Assembly: GCF_035084215.1 (NCBI RefSeq)
Contig: NW_027139442.1
Coordinates: 11,160,001-11,224,000, forward strand
Length of the DNA: 64,000 bases
From: Heptranchias perlo
Lineage: Eukaryota
Reading direction: 5' to 3'
Below are positions 13,996-27,964 of the stretch, in pieces. The translations under genes were made by a program, and so were the position numbers. The notes beneath the pieces are model-generated. The model ran no database searches. It was given only the letters and a program-made list of their open reading frames with translations, and had not been told where the DNA came from. Each line of letters begins with the position of its first letter. The stretch's first letter is position 1.

Positions 13996-15794
13996 GACCT
14001 CTACTGGACGTAAGCGAGAACTGTAAAAGAGGGGGACAAATTCACATCATTTGTCATGGTTACAGAAACAGGACAAAGCAATGTGAGGAAAGTCTCCGTC
14101 TGCAACTATTACTCTCGTATTTTTGCATATTATGACAGTGAAAAATGAAGACAATTGATTCATAATAAGGTATTGTTTTACTCATTCGATAGTTGTGAAT
14201 TTGCCCCATTATATTTCACTGTACATTGCACAGTATTTCTCTCTGATTTCTCAGGACACGATTTACATTGCTCCTCCACCCCGTTTAGACTCTTCTTTTC
14301 CAAGCAGTATATGGCGTCCTTATTCCCCCAAGTGAAACGCACCACCTCACAACTTTCTATATTGAAATTCAATGGCCATTTACACGGCCGTTCTGTAAGT
14401 TTATTTTGTCACAGTCTTCCTCAGTATCGACAATAACCCCTAAATTAATGAGAAGAATTTAACACAGCATTACAAATAGTGTTTGGTCTAACAAAATGTA
14501 CTTGCAGCACGTCTCAATTACTAGTTTTTCTAAATCTCACTCGTGCAATACAATGTGAAGAATGAGTTTATCTTCTGTCCCTCTCTCATCTGCAAACTTC
14601 AATGTCGCGGGGCTTGGGGACATCTACTGGAAAGAAGCAGAACCGCAACATTTCGGTCCAAATTGTTGAAACCGGATAATGTGCAGTGTGAGCGTGTTTG
14701 CAATTGGTGGCAGCAATAAAATCTGATTTTTCATACCTGCCCATTAAATTTTAGTGTTTGTTATTGAACAGTGAACAGAACCAGACAGTAAGGATATGGG
14801 GAGTTATAAAAAGAGCATCTATTGCAGGCATCAGGTGAGAAGTTTGAAGGACACATTTTAAATAGTGGCTGTGTTGTTTCGGTTTAATGGTTAGTCCCAT
14901 GGGAGAGGGGATTAGAAACATGACCTGTACAAAGGTCCCCGCCCCATCGGGTAGTCCCATTCATGGATCAGTGCAGGGGTTGGGTTGTGTCTGGATGTCA
15001 TTAAATTGTTGTAAAACAGCCCAACACACCTGGTGTGCAGAAGCTGAGTGATGCAGTACTGTCGTGGCGTCAGACACTGACACTGTTTGTATCGCTGGTT
15101 TCCATTTGTGGATGTTACCGTGATTATTAACAGAGAGATTCAATTGATCACTTTTGTATTTTCTACTTCACCTGTTGTTAATTTACAAGCGATATTTTTC
15201 TTCCTACAGGCAAATCCCTGAAGGACCCAGAATCAGGATGATGTTTACTCCACCCGAGGCACAAGGAGCAGTGAAGCCAGCTCCTTCTCACACACAGTAG
15301 GTACATTATCACTCACAAAGCACAGAGACACAGACAGGTCACCAGTCCCACAGTCTCAGACAGCAGAAATAGTCAGTCCCACACTGATCCCAATCCAACA
15401 GTCAAACAGAGCAGGAGAGACAGACGGAATTTCCATTTCACAACAACTCAGAACCGCTGACCGGCAGATAAATAATTCCCAGTCCAAAATCACACCCACT
15501 ATCAGATTGAAAGGCACTGTGTCAATCTCACATTAGTTCAGCCTTAGCTACAAATTAAATCCCAGATGGACCTGACACATGGGACCGATTGATAGGTACA
15601 GAATGAATCACAATAGTGTACCCGAGATTCAAATTAAATACCAGCCCACAACTCACACACATTATGAGTTTAAAGATGCAGTATTCATGACCACATTGTA
15701 CACTGAGATACACATTAGCTACCAGTTCAGATGTTACCCAAATTTGACTCACATATTTGTCCAAAAACCTCATAGTGTCAGAATGAAATGTCAA

Positions 15795-17508
15795 TTTCAA
15801 TTCCTTTACTGCAGACTGAGGTACACATTAGATACCAGTCCAAAATTCTCATACAGTATGAGACTGAAAGATACAGTATCAATCCCATTAGTGCAGACTG
15901 AGCTACACGTCACATACCAGTCCAAAAATCTCAGTGTCAGGTTGAAAAATACAGAATCAATTCCATCAGTGCAGATTGAGCTATACATTATATACCAGTC
16001 CAAAATTCACATAGAGTCTCGTACTCGAAGATACAGTATCAATCCCATTAGTGCAGGCTGAGGTACACATTAGTTACCTGTCCAAAAATCTCATTGTGTC
16101 AAACTGAAAGGCACAGTATCAATTCCTTTACTGCAGACAGAGGTTTACATTAGATACTTGTCTAAAAATCACGTACAGTATCATACTGAGGTATAAACTA
16201 TCGATTTGATTAGTACAGACTGATCTACAAGCAATATACCAGTACAAAAATCTCACACGGTATCAGACTGCAAGATACAGTATCAATCCCATTAGTGCAG
16301 ACTGAGGTTCACATTAGATACCAGTCCAAAAGTCACATTCAGTGTCAAACTGAAAGATACAGTAACAATTCCATTATTGAAGAGTGAACGACACCTTACA
16401 AACCAGCCTAAATATATTACACAGTATCAGCCTGGAAGGTACAGTATGAATTCCATTAGTGCAGACTGAACTACACATTATATACCGTCCAAAAATCTCA
16501 TACATTATCATACTAAAACATACAGTATGAATCCTATTAGTGTAGACAAAGCTACACATTACAAACCAGTCCAAAAATCTCTTGAAGTGTCTGACTGAAA
16601 GTTAGAGAGTCAATTCCATCAGTACAGACAGAACCACAGATTACATACCAGTCTAAAAATCTCATACAGTGTCAGACTGAAAGATACAATATCAATTCCA
16701 TTCGCCCAGACTGAGCTACACAATAAATGGCAGTCCAATAATTTCACAGTATAAGATTGAAATGTACATTATCTTCAGAGATGAAGATGTAATCCTACAA
16801 CAAAACTCAAACACGTTGTTAGATTGAAACAAAATCCAAAAGTGTATCCATATTTACAAATTAATGCCACACAAAAGATTTGTTTACGTTAATGAATTAA
16901 AGAAACAGTTTCAAGCACCATACTGTAACATGAAATAAGACTACAGAACGAATCCAGACTTGCAATTTGCCCAGAGACTGAGTTACAGAATGAATCCCCA
17001 ACTGAGATAAAATACCAGAGACTGACAGTCACAGATTGAATCCCACACTCACAGATAGAACCAGAGATTGACAGATACAGAATGAATCTCACACTCACAT
17101 ACAGTACCAGAGTCTAACAGATACAGATTGAATCCCACACTCACACACAGTACCAGAGACTGACAGATACAGAATGTATCTCAAATTCACAGACAGTATC
17201 AGAGACTGACAGATACAGAATGAATCCCACACTCACACACAGTACCAGAGAGTGACAGATACAGAATGAATCTCACACTCACATACAGTACCAGAGAATG
17301 ACAGATACAGAATGATTCTCACACTCACATACAGTACCAGAGTCTGACAGATACAGAATTAATCCCACACTCACAGATAGCACCAGAGACTGACAGATAC
17401 AGAATGAATCCCGCACTCACAGACTGTACTGGAGACTGACCGATAAAGAATGAATATCACACTCAAATGCTGACTGACAGACAGAATTAATCCCACACTC
17501 TCATACAG
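15795..17508. repeat. 82-bp satellite array (15795-16770) followed by 46-bp array (16965-17508)
   Basis: Same units as above; period 82 measured from 15835 to 15917. Confidence 0.88.
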
Positions 17509-17884
17509 TCTGACATCTACTGGCCATAAGTGAGAACTGTAACAGAGTGGAACAAATTCACATTATCTTCGTTGTTACAGATTCAGGACAATGCGCAATG
17601 TGAGGAAATAGTTTCTCTCTGTAACTTCTACTCTCGTATTTTTTCATATTTTGTCAGTGAAAAATTAGACAATTGATTCATAATAAAGTTTTTGTTTTGA
17701 TCGTTTGAAAGTTGCCCCAGTATATTTCAGTATACATTGCTCAATATTTCTGTCTGATTTCTCAGGACACGATTTATATTAATTCAAATAAACCGAACTG
17801 AAACACAAATAAAAACCGAGCGCAAATCTGGAAGTTTCAATGGCGACCGTCAAAAGTGAAAGGGATAAAATATAGAAAAAAATG

Positions 17885-17985
17885 AAAACCGAAAATGCTG
17901 GAAAGACTCAGCAGGTCCGGCAGCATCTGTGGAGAAGGGAAGCTCGGGTTAACGGTTCAGGTCAATGACCCTTCTATAGATCAGA
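17885..17985 (-). mobile_element. Decayed Penelope-like terminal fragment with degenerate hammerhead motif; copy at 35365-35465
   Basis: Minus strand CTATAGA-AGGGTCATTGACCT-GAACCGTTAAC keeps the CUGANGA-stem II-GAAA layout with core mutations. Family assignment is from recollection. Confidence 0.45.
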
Positions 17986-18259
17986 AAGGTTAATCCGACA
18001 TAATTTAAATAAGGAACGGGAATCGGCAGAGGGAAAAACTTCAGAAAATCAATTAATTTCACTAATCCTGGCAATTGTGTCCTGTGTCCACCGTACAGAT
18101 CAGGGCAAATAACAATACAAAGGAACAGAGTTAAATTCATCGTTATGAGGGAAGAAATACATTTTAGAAGTATTTTTTAATATAAATTAGACCCGTTTGG
18201 AAACATTATCGCTCTGAACATCATCAAATTCGGTTCCAGTCTTGGTGTTTCTGAATTCA

Positions 18260-18325
18260 GCGTGCTGGGATTCAAACCTGTTGGAATTAACTGTTTGGAA
18301 GGCAGCTATACTCACCATTATAGCC
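18260..18325 (-). pseudogene. tRNA-Gly(TCC) remnant
   Basis: AACTGTTTGGAAGGCAGCTATACTCACCATTATA aligns to the tRNA at 7434-7505, and the adjacent flank is also homologous. Confidence 0.7.
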
Positions 18326-18459
18326 CCTTATTTCACGAGGAGAGAGAAATAGAGTGTTTCTGTGGAATTTCGGACTGGGTTTCTGGCACTTTAATCACAG
18401 ACAATAAATCGTTCCCAAACATCAGCCCCTGATCAGACACAACAAGCTGGTGGAATTTC

Positions 18460-19480
18460 TCATTTATAGATATTAAATAAGAGGACGACAAAAGCGAATA
18501 GGAAGAGGTTAGGAAGAAGTCACAAAAACAATTACGGAAGAAAACAGGAACCACGAAATCAAATTATCAAGGAATGTAAAAAGTAAAAGTAAATTATTCC
18601 ACAGACACAAAAATAACAAAAGGAAAATCAGAATATCTTGAGAGCCACTAAGGGATTCACAAGATAAACTCACAGGTAACGTCAGCGAAATGCCACAAAT
18701 ATTGAATTATTACTTTACCTTAGTATTTACCCGGGAGATTAACAGGGTGAACATGATATTAAAGGAAGAGGTCAATAAAGATATCAAGGCATTTAAGTTA
18801 GAAAGGGTGGTAGAACTCCTGGTCCAGATGGATTGCATCCGCACATATTAAATGAAACAAGGGAAGAACAGCAGAGGCACTGTTACATATATAGGAAAAA
18901 TCATTACCGAAAGGAATAGTGCCAGAGGACTGGATGACAGTTAATGTGATTCTTATATTTTGAAACAGGAGATAGAACAAATCCAGGGAACTAAAGACCA
19001 GTTAACTAAAGGTTGGTGGTAGGAATGATCATGGAATCTTTTACTCCATGATGCAATAGAAAAACATTTAGAAACCAAAAATATAATAAAGAATAGTCAG
19101 CACGGATTTCAGAAAGGGAAGGTTTAATAGTTTGGCAGAAGGTTTGACAGTTTAAATTTCAGTTCAACATAACTTATCTGCTTTTCAATTCTATTCCTCT
19201 AGAATGTTCTGTGTTTGCTTTTTATGGTCTTATCAACCTGTGTTGCTACTTTTAATGATTTGTCAATCTGTACTCCAAAATCCCTTTGCTCTTCCACCCC
19301 ATTTAGACTTTTATTTTCCAAGCAGGATGTGGCCTCCTTATTCCCCCGAGCGAAATGCACCACCTCACACCTTTCAATATGGAAATTCAATGCCCATTTA
19401 CAAGCCTTTCAGCAAGCTTATTAAACTCTTTTTTTATGTTGTTGTATTTTTCCTCAGTATAAGCTATACCCACTAAATTA
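18460..19480. mobile_element. Old CR1 fragments: plus strand to ~19125, minus strand ~19130-19480; copy at ~35970-36980
   Basis: GGTCCAGATGGATTGCATCC, CCAGAGGACTGG and AGTCAGCACGGATTT (PGPDG, PEDW, SQHGF motifs); ORF 19199-19390 CEVVHFARGN..VEEQRDFGV. Confidence 0.8.
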
Positions 19481-19921
19481 ATTACAAACATTGAATACAG
19501 CATTTCAACTAATGCTTTGTCCAATAAAATGTTCACCATTCACAGTTTTTCCGAATCCCACCCGTGCAATATAATGTGAAGAATGAGTTTATCTTCTGTC
19601 CCTCTCTCATCTGCAAACTTCAATGACCCGGGGTTTGTGGACATCTACTGGCCGGAAGCAGAATTGCAACAGTTCGGAACAAATTTCTGAAACCGGACAA
19701 TGTGCAGTCTGAGCGTGTTTGTGATAGGTGGCACGTATTAAATCTGATTGGTTTCTTCAGATGTCCAATCAAATTGATAAAGGAAAAATATTGTGACATC
19801 AGTCCCAATCACAATCATTGCCTTCCCTCATCCCTCATTAGAATAGGGCGGTGGGGCTGCCTATTTAATCCGAGCTCGGAGCGGATTTGGGTCATTTCTG
19901 AGTCGGAAATTGATTTTGAAA

Positions 19922-20296
19922 ATGCCTGAAGACAAGAAAGCAGCTCCCAAGAAGGGCGCCAAGAAAACCTTGAGTAAAGCACCAGCCAAGGGCGGCAAGA
20001 AGCGGAGAAAGTCGAGGAAGGAGAGTTACTCCATCTACGTCTACAAAGTGATGAAGCAGGTTCACCCCGACACCGGCATCTCCTCCAAGGCCATGAGCAT
20101 CATGAACTCCTTTGTGAACGATATTTTCGAGCGCATCGCGGGTGAGGCTTCCCGCCTGGCCCATTATAATAAACGCCGCACCATCAGCTCTCGGGAGATC
20201 CAGACCGCCGTCCGCCTGCTGCTGCCCGGGGAACTGGCCAAGCACGCCGTGTCGGAAGGGACAAAGGCGGTGACCAAATACACCAGCTCCAAGTAA
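19922..20296 (+). CDS. H2B: Histone H2B, replication-dependent
   Basis: Intact 124-aa [47 protein letters not shown]; CCAAT and TATA-like elements upstream; stem-loop downstream. Confidence 0.97.
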   Translation: MPEDKKAAPKKGAKKTLSKAPAKGGKKRRKSRKESYSIYVYKVMKQVHPDTGISSKAMSIMNSFVNDIFERIAGEASRLAHYNKRRTISSREIQTAVRLLLPGELAKHAVSEGTKAVTKYTSSK

Positions 20297-20329
20297 AACT
20301 CCACAATGTACTGAAAAAAAAAACACAAA

Positions 20330-20345
20330 GGCTCTTTTAAGAGCC
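20330..20345 (+). terminator. Histone 3' stem-loop (H2B)
   Basis: AAA-GGCTCT-TTTA-AGAGCC-ACCCA. Confidence 0.95.
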
Positions 20346-21023
20346 ACCCACAGTCTCTCTGAAGACGCTGTACCGATACCTCTGGATGGAATCATTTTAC
20401 GGTAGATAAGATAGTTTGACACTAACTGTCTCTCTATAACTTGTCCTTTTGTGATTTCTCTTGATATCGGGAAGATTCTCACAATAACTGCTGGGTATAA
20501 TCTGTGTGTCGATGTTCAATTTACAGCCAATAAACAAAAACGTGTCCCTGAACCTCTCATTTCAGTTCTTTTTCCGCCCCTTCCCCCGCGTCTGACCCTT
20601 CAGAGCCGTTTTAAGGCGGTGGATTCGAGTTCGGTCATTTCTTTCTCCTTCTCACGTTTGTTTGTTAATTATTCGGGACAAAATGAGGCTTTATTCCCGC
20701 CCGATTGAAAGCGAACGGAGAATGAAGCGGGTTGAAACAGATTCTGGAAGTTGTGACGAGAAATGTGGAATAACAGAGTAAAAGATGAGATGTTTAAATA
20801 TTTGTTTTTACGCGACATTATTTACTAAATCCGCTTCTTGTGTTACAAATATATTGGCGGGCTTTTCACATTTCAAAAAAACGGTTCTGGTCTGTATTTT
20901 CCGCCCTTTTCTCATTGACGGCTATTGATTGGTGAATAAAACAGCCCTCTGATTGGTTTAAGGAACAGCTCAATGAGGTTGAGAACACATGGACCAATCA
21001 CTGCAGTCCTCCAGAAAGTATAA

Positions 21024-21472
<449 letters not shown>

Positions 21473-22070
21473 AGCGGACACGATTTGATCTGATAAACCC
21501 AAAGCTCTTTTCAGAGCCACCCACTGTATCTGTGAAAGGGCTGGTTACTGTCGAAGCGAGTCATGAATCAATTTAATAGGGACTTGATTCCGATCCGAGA
21601 AACTAACAATAATTTGTTCAATCCAGATGATCCAGATCGGTCTGTTGCAGTACTCGCTTCCGGACAGCAGATGTCGCCAATCTCCCATAGATTGATCATT
21701 GCAGATTGTATGGTGAATGAGACAAAAAATAACAAAATCGTCAGAATTGTCAATTGGGCGGGTGGGATACAGAAATACCAGGGACGCACATGATTATTTT
21801 CTGTCTCATTCTCGGACAACACTGGCTCAGTCTGAGTTATTTTGCCCAGATTTGAACAGATGCTGACTGATATGCTGATTATTGTGTCAGCGATTGCTGA
21901 ATTGAGAATGTGAGTGCAATTTCTTTTTGGATGTGAGTGAGGGAATTATTCTGTACCTGTCCGTCCCACATCTGCTCCCTCCCTTTTATGCATTTCCCAT
22001 TCAAACAAGTTTCTCACGGCCATGCGATTTCAACCCAGGCGATCACAGCTCTTTCCATCGCCGATTTGGT

Positions 22071-22086
22071 GGCTCTGAAAAGAGCC
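22071..22086 (-). terminator. Histone 3' stem-loop (H3), with U7-binding element downstream
   Basis: Minus strand GGCTCTTTTCAGAGCC followed by AAAGAGCTGT. Confidence 0.95.
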
Positions 22087-22119
22087 TTTGTTGCACTTGG
22101 TGCTGAAGCCGGGTCGGGT

Positions 22120-22671
<552 letters not shown>

Positions 22672-23306
22672 TCAGGGATGGACCGCCCCGGGACTGTGAT
22701 TGGCAGATTTGAACCAATTGGCTGAGCTGAAATTAAACATGAATTTCAAAAAGCCCGCCAATTTCAGGTCATCAAATAACAGTTTCAAGAAAATCTCATT
22801 TCCCTCAAGCAATTTCAGAATCCCTCTCTTTATAATCTCCTCAGCTCAAATCTCAAGCTGTTTCACATTCCGGTTCATTCTCTGATCTGCCTGTAAACGA
22901 GCGGGAATTAAGCCCCGGTCGTTGTTTTCCTGAACCGGACAAAGTCCAGCTTCAATTTCAAAAATCCCGCTAGTTCCAGCCCGGTGAACCGCTCCCCAAA
23001 CAGAAACTTCACATCGACCTGATAATTGAATGAAACACCGAGCAGAGAGGACACAGCGGGAGAGGTTGTGAGGCGGGATTTTACTCTGAACGGAGAATGT
23101 AATGTCTGCGGAAAGACTCTGTATCACCACCTGTTCATTTATACCGTGAAACCGGGAATTCCGCTTTCTCTCAGGATGGCTGATCTCCCTTTACTGAATG
23201 TTGGGGAATCTCCCCATCGTAATTAAATATCGGAAACTGCTTCCCCACTCCTAAATCTTTCCTCTCCCCGTTCCTAGGTCAGTGCTCTCTCTGTGAGGCG
23301 GTGGGT

Positions 23307-23322
23307 GGCTCTTAGAAGAGCC
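23307..23322 (-). terminator. Histone 3' stem-loop (H4)
   Basis: Minus strand GGCTCT-TCTA-AGAGCC-ACCCA. Confidence 0.93.
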
Positions 23323-23357
23323 TTTGTTTTGTGTCCGGTTAGAAAGGGTCGACTCGT

Positions 23358-23678
<321 letters not shown>

Positions 23679-24130
23679 TCACTCAGATCGCTGCTGACTG
23701 AACAGCGAACTTATGCTGGTTCCCTTTTTATGCAGCCTGTCCCGACCTGACTGAAACATTCACAGGATGATAGAGGGAGGGGAGGAGACAAAGTGAGACA
23801 TTAAACAGAGAGGGGAGGAGACAGAGTGAGATATTAAACAGAGAGGGGAGGAGAGAGTCAGAGTAACGGAGAGAGCAGAGAGCGGCCGCTGATCTTCCAG
23901 CTCCACCTCCAGCTTTCTCCACCCGCCAATTTCAAACCGTTTATCGATAACTGAACCGAAACACAGCGCTCCGCACAAACCCTTATCGACTCGGGCTTCA
24001 TATTCAGACTAGCCCCGTCCTATATCGAACACCGGAATGTTTGCTGTCGAAAAACTTTCACCGGAATTGAAAGCACCAGTTTCGATTTAAACCCGTTTCA
24101 TTGCTGCACTGATCGCGCTCTCTCACCCGA

Positions 24131-24275
24131 TCATAGAAGAATCATAGAATCATAGAAGTTACAACATGGAAACAGGCCCTTCGGCCCAACATGTCCATGT
24201 CGCCCAGTTTATACCACTAAGCTAGTCCCAATTGCCTGCAATAGAATCATAGAAGTGCAATAGAATCATAGAAGA
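24131..24275 (-). mobile_element. Very short CR1/SINE-type 3' tail insertion
   Basis: (TCATAGAA)n tail followed by GAAACAGGCCCTTCGGCCC, typical of a CR1 3' UTR. Confidence 0.6.
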
Positions 24276-27200
24276 ATAGCAAGCACTTTACACGCTGGCA
24301 GCGGTGGGATCGCTGACACGATCTCCGTTTTTCGTCTGAAATCTTGAATTGAACTCAAACCTTACCTTAATTTTTCACTTCGGAGCTCGGCAGGGGAGGA
24401 GGGCGATCCTTTGAAAGGGATTTTTTTAAATTTTACTGAAAAGCGACCCGGAAATCCGGCGATGTGACCGGCCACACAAACACAGTGACATTAATCTAAC
24501 CCGCCCGCCTCTTTAACACACTCTTTCTGACACAATGTTCACATCTTCACATTCACAGGACAAACTGGTCGCCAGATTGACAATTCCCGGGACAGGCTTT
24601 CCTCCCCGCTCGGCCTGTGCAGCAGATTCTCGGGGGTTAGTTGTCGTTTCCCAGCTCAGTCACTGTTAAACACTCTGAGGCCGGCGCTCCTCACAGTGTC
24701 TGGTCCCCAGATTCAGGGGCAGGAGCCAATCACAGCTGTTGTTGTGATAATTCACATCTGGTTTTAAAATATTATACTGTTCGTACACAGAAATATGTTT
24801 GGTTAAGACGATAATACAAATTATCCGCTCTGGGCTCTTCCAGTCTCTCTGTGTTTCTCTCTCCTCCTAAACTGACTGACAGACAATAGTAACTGGTGTC
24901 CTATCCGTCCCATTCTCAACACCCAGAGACGGCTAGTTACAGAATAAATTCAACACTAACAGGCAGTCCAGTGTCAGGCCGTTACAGGCTGTTTCTCCCC
25001 ACCTTTCCTTATTGGACTGGAGACTGATAAATGCACAGTCAATCCGGCTCATACATAATAGAAGGGACAGTGACCGTCTCACCAACAGCACCGGAGGTCT
25101 GTTCACAAACACTGAATCAGTCTTTACCTTCCATCAGGGTGTCGATATTAAGCTCAGTAACAGTATTTCGCTTTCATTTACAGCGCTGGAGAGAGAGAAA
25201 GACAGACCGACAGATAAACAGACAGACAGAGACACACACACAGACAATGTATCAGTCTCACACTTCCTATCAGTATGTCCGTTTCACACTCAATAACAGT
25301 ATCCCACATTCATATGCTGTGCAAAAGAGAGAGAGAGAAACTGACCTGTAATGTCCAGCATTCACCCAGTAACAAATTGGAAAAATTCTCCATTCCAATT
25401 GCTATTCCAAGGTGGAGTGACAGAAGATGCAGTCTCATCTCTCACTAAAATTATTTCAGAGACAGACACATTATTAATCCCATTCTCAGGGACAGTGTCA
25501 CACATTTAACCCTCTCTTGCATGTTTCACCCTTTGTAATCTTGCAGCTCAGGCCCATTCAGTATTTCTCTCAGTGACCGAGAGTTTCATTCCGATTGAAA
25601 TAATCTGGGACTGTTGCTGTCAGATGTTAATCCCACACGGTCGCAGCAAATATACGGACTCCCACTTTGCTCCGCTGTTTCTCCAGGATTGGTTTGAGAA
25701 ATCCTCCCTCCAGTTTCGGAGTCACGCGTTGCTTTATCAGTCAGGGAGCCAAGAATGAACAGAACCCATTGGCTCATTTCACAGCCGCCCATTTTATCCA
25801 TGAAAGGCCTTTTACCATCAAAAGATACCGAGAGAAACAGCAGGGATGGAAACATCGAGTTTAATAGTGAGAGATTGTAAAGTCAGTCTGGATTCCAGCG
25901 TTAGGCACTGGTGGAATCCCATCTGTTTGCATTCTGGTGCCTGTTCCTGCACTGCCTGTGGACCCCATTCCCTCTGACCTTTCTGAGAGTGATAATATAC
26001 ATACTGTGTGTGAGAAGGAGTTGGCTGCACTGTTCCTTTGTCTCGGGGGGAGGAAACTTCACATTCATTCTGGATCCTTCTCGGATTTGCTCAGACTCTG
26101 AAAAATTCCAATTGGGGAAAGTTTCCATCGATTTTTGTATTGCGAATTAAACCAGATATCTGCGCATGCGTGACCCAGCCCCGCCCCCAGCGCTGGTTGT
26201 TGGTGAGCAGAAGAGCGCATGCGCGCTCCCCTCCCCCAGCTCGGCCTGTGGCCGCCATTCCCTCAGTGAGCGGAAGAAGATGGTTTAAAACAGCCGGGAA
26301 TGGAGAGATCACGGCCCCCGGGGGAAGGGAGCAAAGAGCAGCCTCGTTACAGCAGCTCATCGCTTCGGGACCGTGTCCGCAGATGGGCTCAGAGATCGGC
26401 ATTGAGTCCAGGGTCAGGGCAGGGGAGTCCGGGGTCTGTTTGTAAGAGGCGGAGTGGATCAGGATCTGGTCCCGGAACATGGAGTGAGCGGGGGAAGGGA
26501 GAGTTCATTCTCGGGCTGTGTGTGTACAGGGTGTGTCCAGGGGAAGGGAGAGAGAATGGGAAGAACGTGCTATTTAAAATCATTGCTGTTTTCTCTCCCC
26601 AAACCAGTAGTGAATGGTCCTGGTTTAGTTCCTATCTCACCCTGTTTATTGTTATTGGACAGTGAAGAGTGGAAACAGAGCCGGACGGTAAGGATGTGGG
26701 GAGTTATGCAAAGAGCATCTATTGAAGGCACCAGGTGAGAAGTGTGAAGGGCACATTTCAAACAGCGGCTCTTTGCTTTCTGTTGAACGTTTAGTCCCAT
26801 GGGAGAGGGGATTAGAAACCCGACCTGTACAAAGGGCCCTGCCCCATAGGGTAGTCCCATTCATGGATCAGTGCAGGGGTTGCATTTTGTCTGTATGTCA
26901 CTAAATTGTTCAAAAACAGCCTAACACACCTGGTATGCTGAAGCTGAGTGCTGCAGTACTGCAGTCGAGTCAGACGCTGACACTGTATCACTGGTTTTCA
27001 TTTGTCGAAGCACAAAATAATTATTAACAGAGCTATTAAACTGATCACTTTTGTATTTTCTACCTCACCTGTTATTGAGTAACAAGAGATAATTTTCTTT
27101 CTACAGGCAAATCCGAGAATGATCCAGAATGAATGTGAAGTTTCCTCCCCCCGAGACAAAGGAACAGTGCAGCCAGCTCCTTCTCACACACAGTATGTAT

Positions 27201-27964
27201 ATTATCACTCTCAGAGCACAGAGACACAGACAGGTAATCAGTTCCACAGTCTCAGACAGCAGAAGTAGTCAGTTCCACACTGATCCCAAGTTCCACAGAC
27301 ACATTTTCAATCCAACAGTCAAACAGAGCAGGTGAGGCAGACGCTGTTCCATTGCACCCGAACTCAGTCCCGCTGACAGGAAGATACAAAAATCCCAGTC
27401 CAAAGTCACACTATCAGATTGTCAATTTCCAAGAAGTGCAGAATTCGCCATGAATTAAAAATCAGATACCCCGAGATTCCAATTGAATACTAGCCCAGAA
27501 CCCTCACACCCACACGGGAGTTTAATACATGCAGTATCCATTCGAATAGTGTACCATTCGAATACAAATTGCAAGTCCAAAAATCATGTACAATATCAGA
27601 TTGAGAAATGCTGTGACAGTGTAACCTGAGAAACAAATTAGATACCAGTTTATAATATACTCATAGCATGAGATTTAAAGATACAGTATCAATTCCTTTA
27701 CTGCAGGCTGATCGACACATTATATACCAATTCAAAAATGTCACCATATCAGTTTGAAAAAAAATATTATCATTCACAATAGTACTCACAGAGATACTGA
27801 TATGATACTCGTCCAAAAAACACAAATCTTCTGATTAAAACCTCCAGCATCAAATCCTAAAGTGTATCCATGTTTACCAATTAAATACTGGGAAAAACTG
27901 TTTAAACATTAAGATAGTAAAGCTACAGTATTGAACACCATAATGTAATCTGAGAGAATAATTA

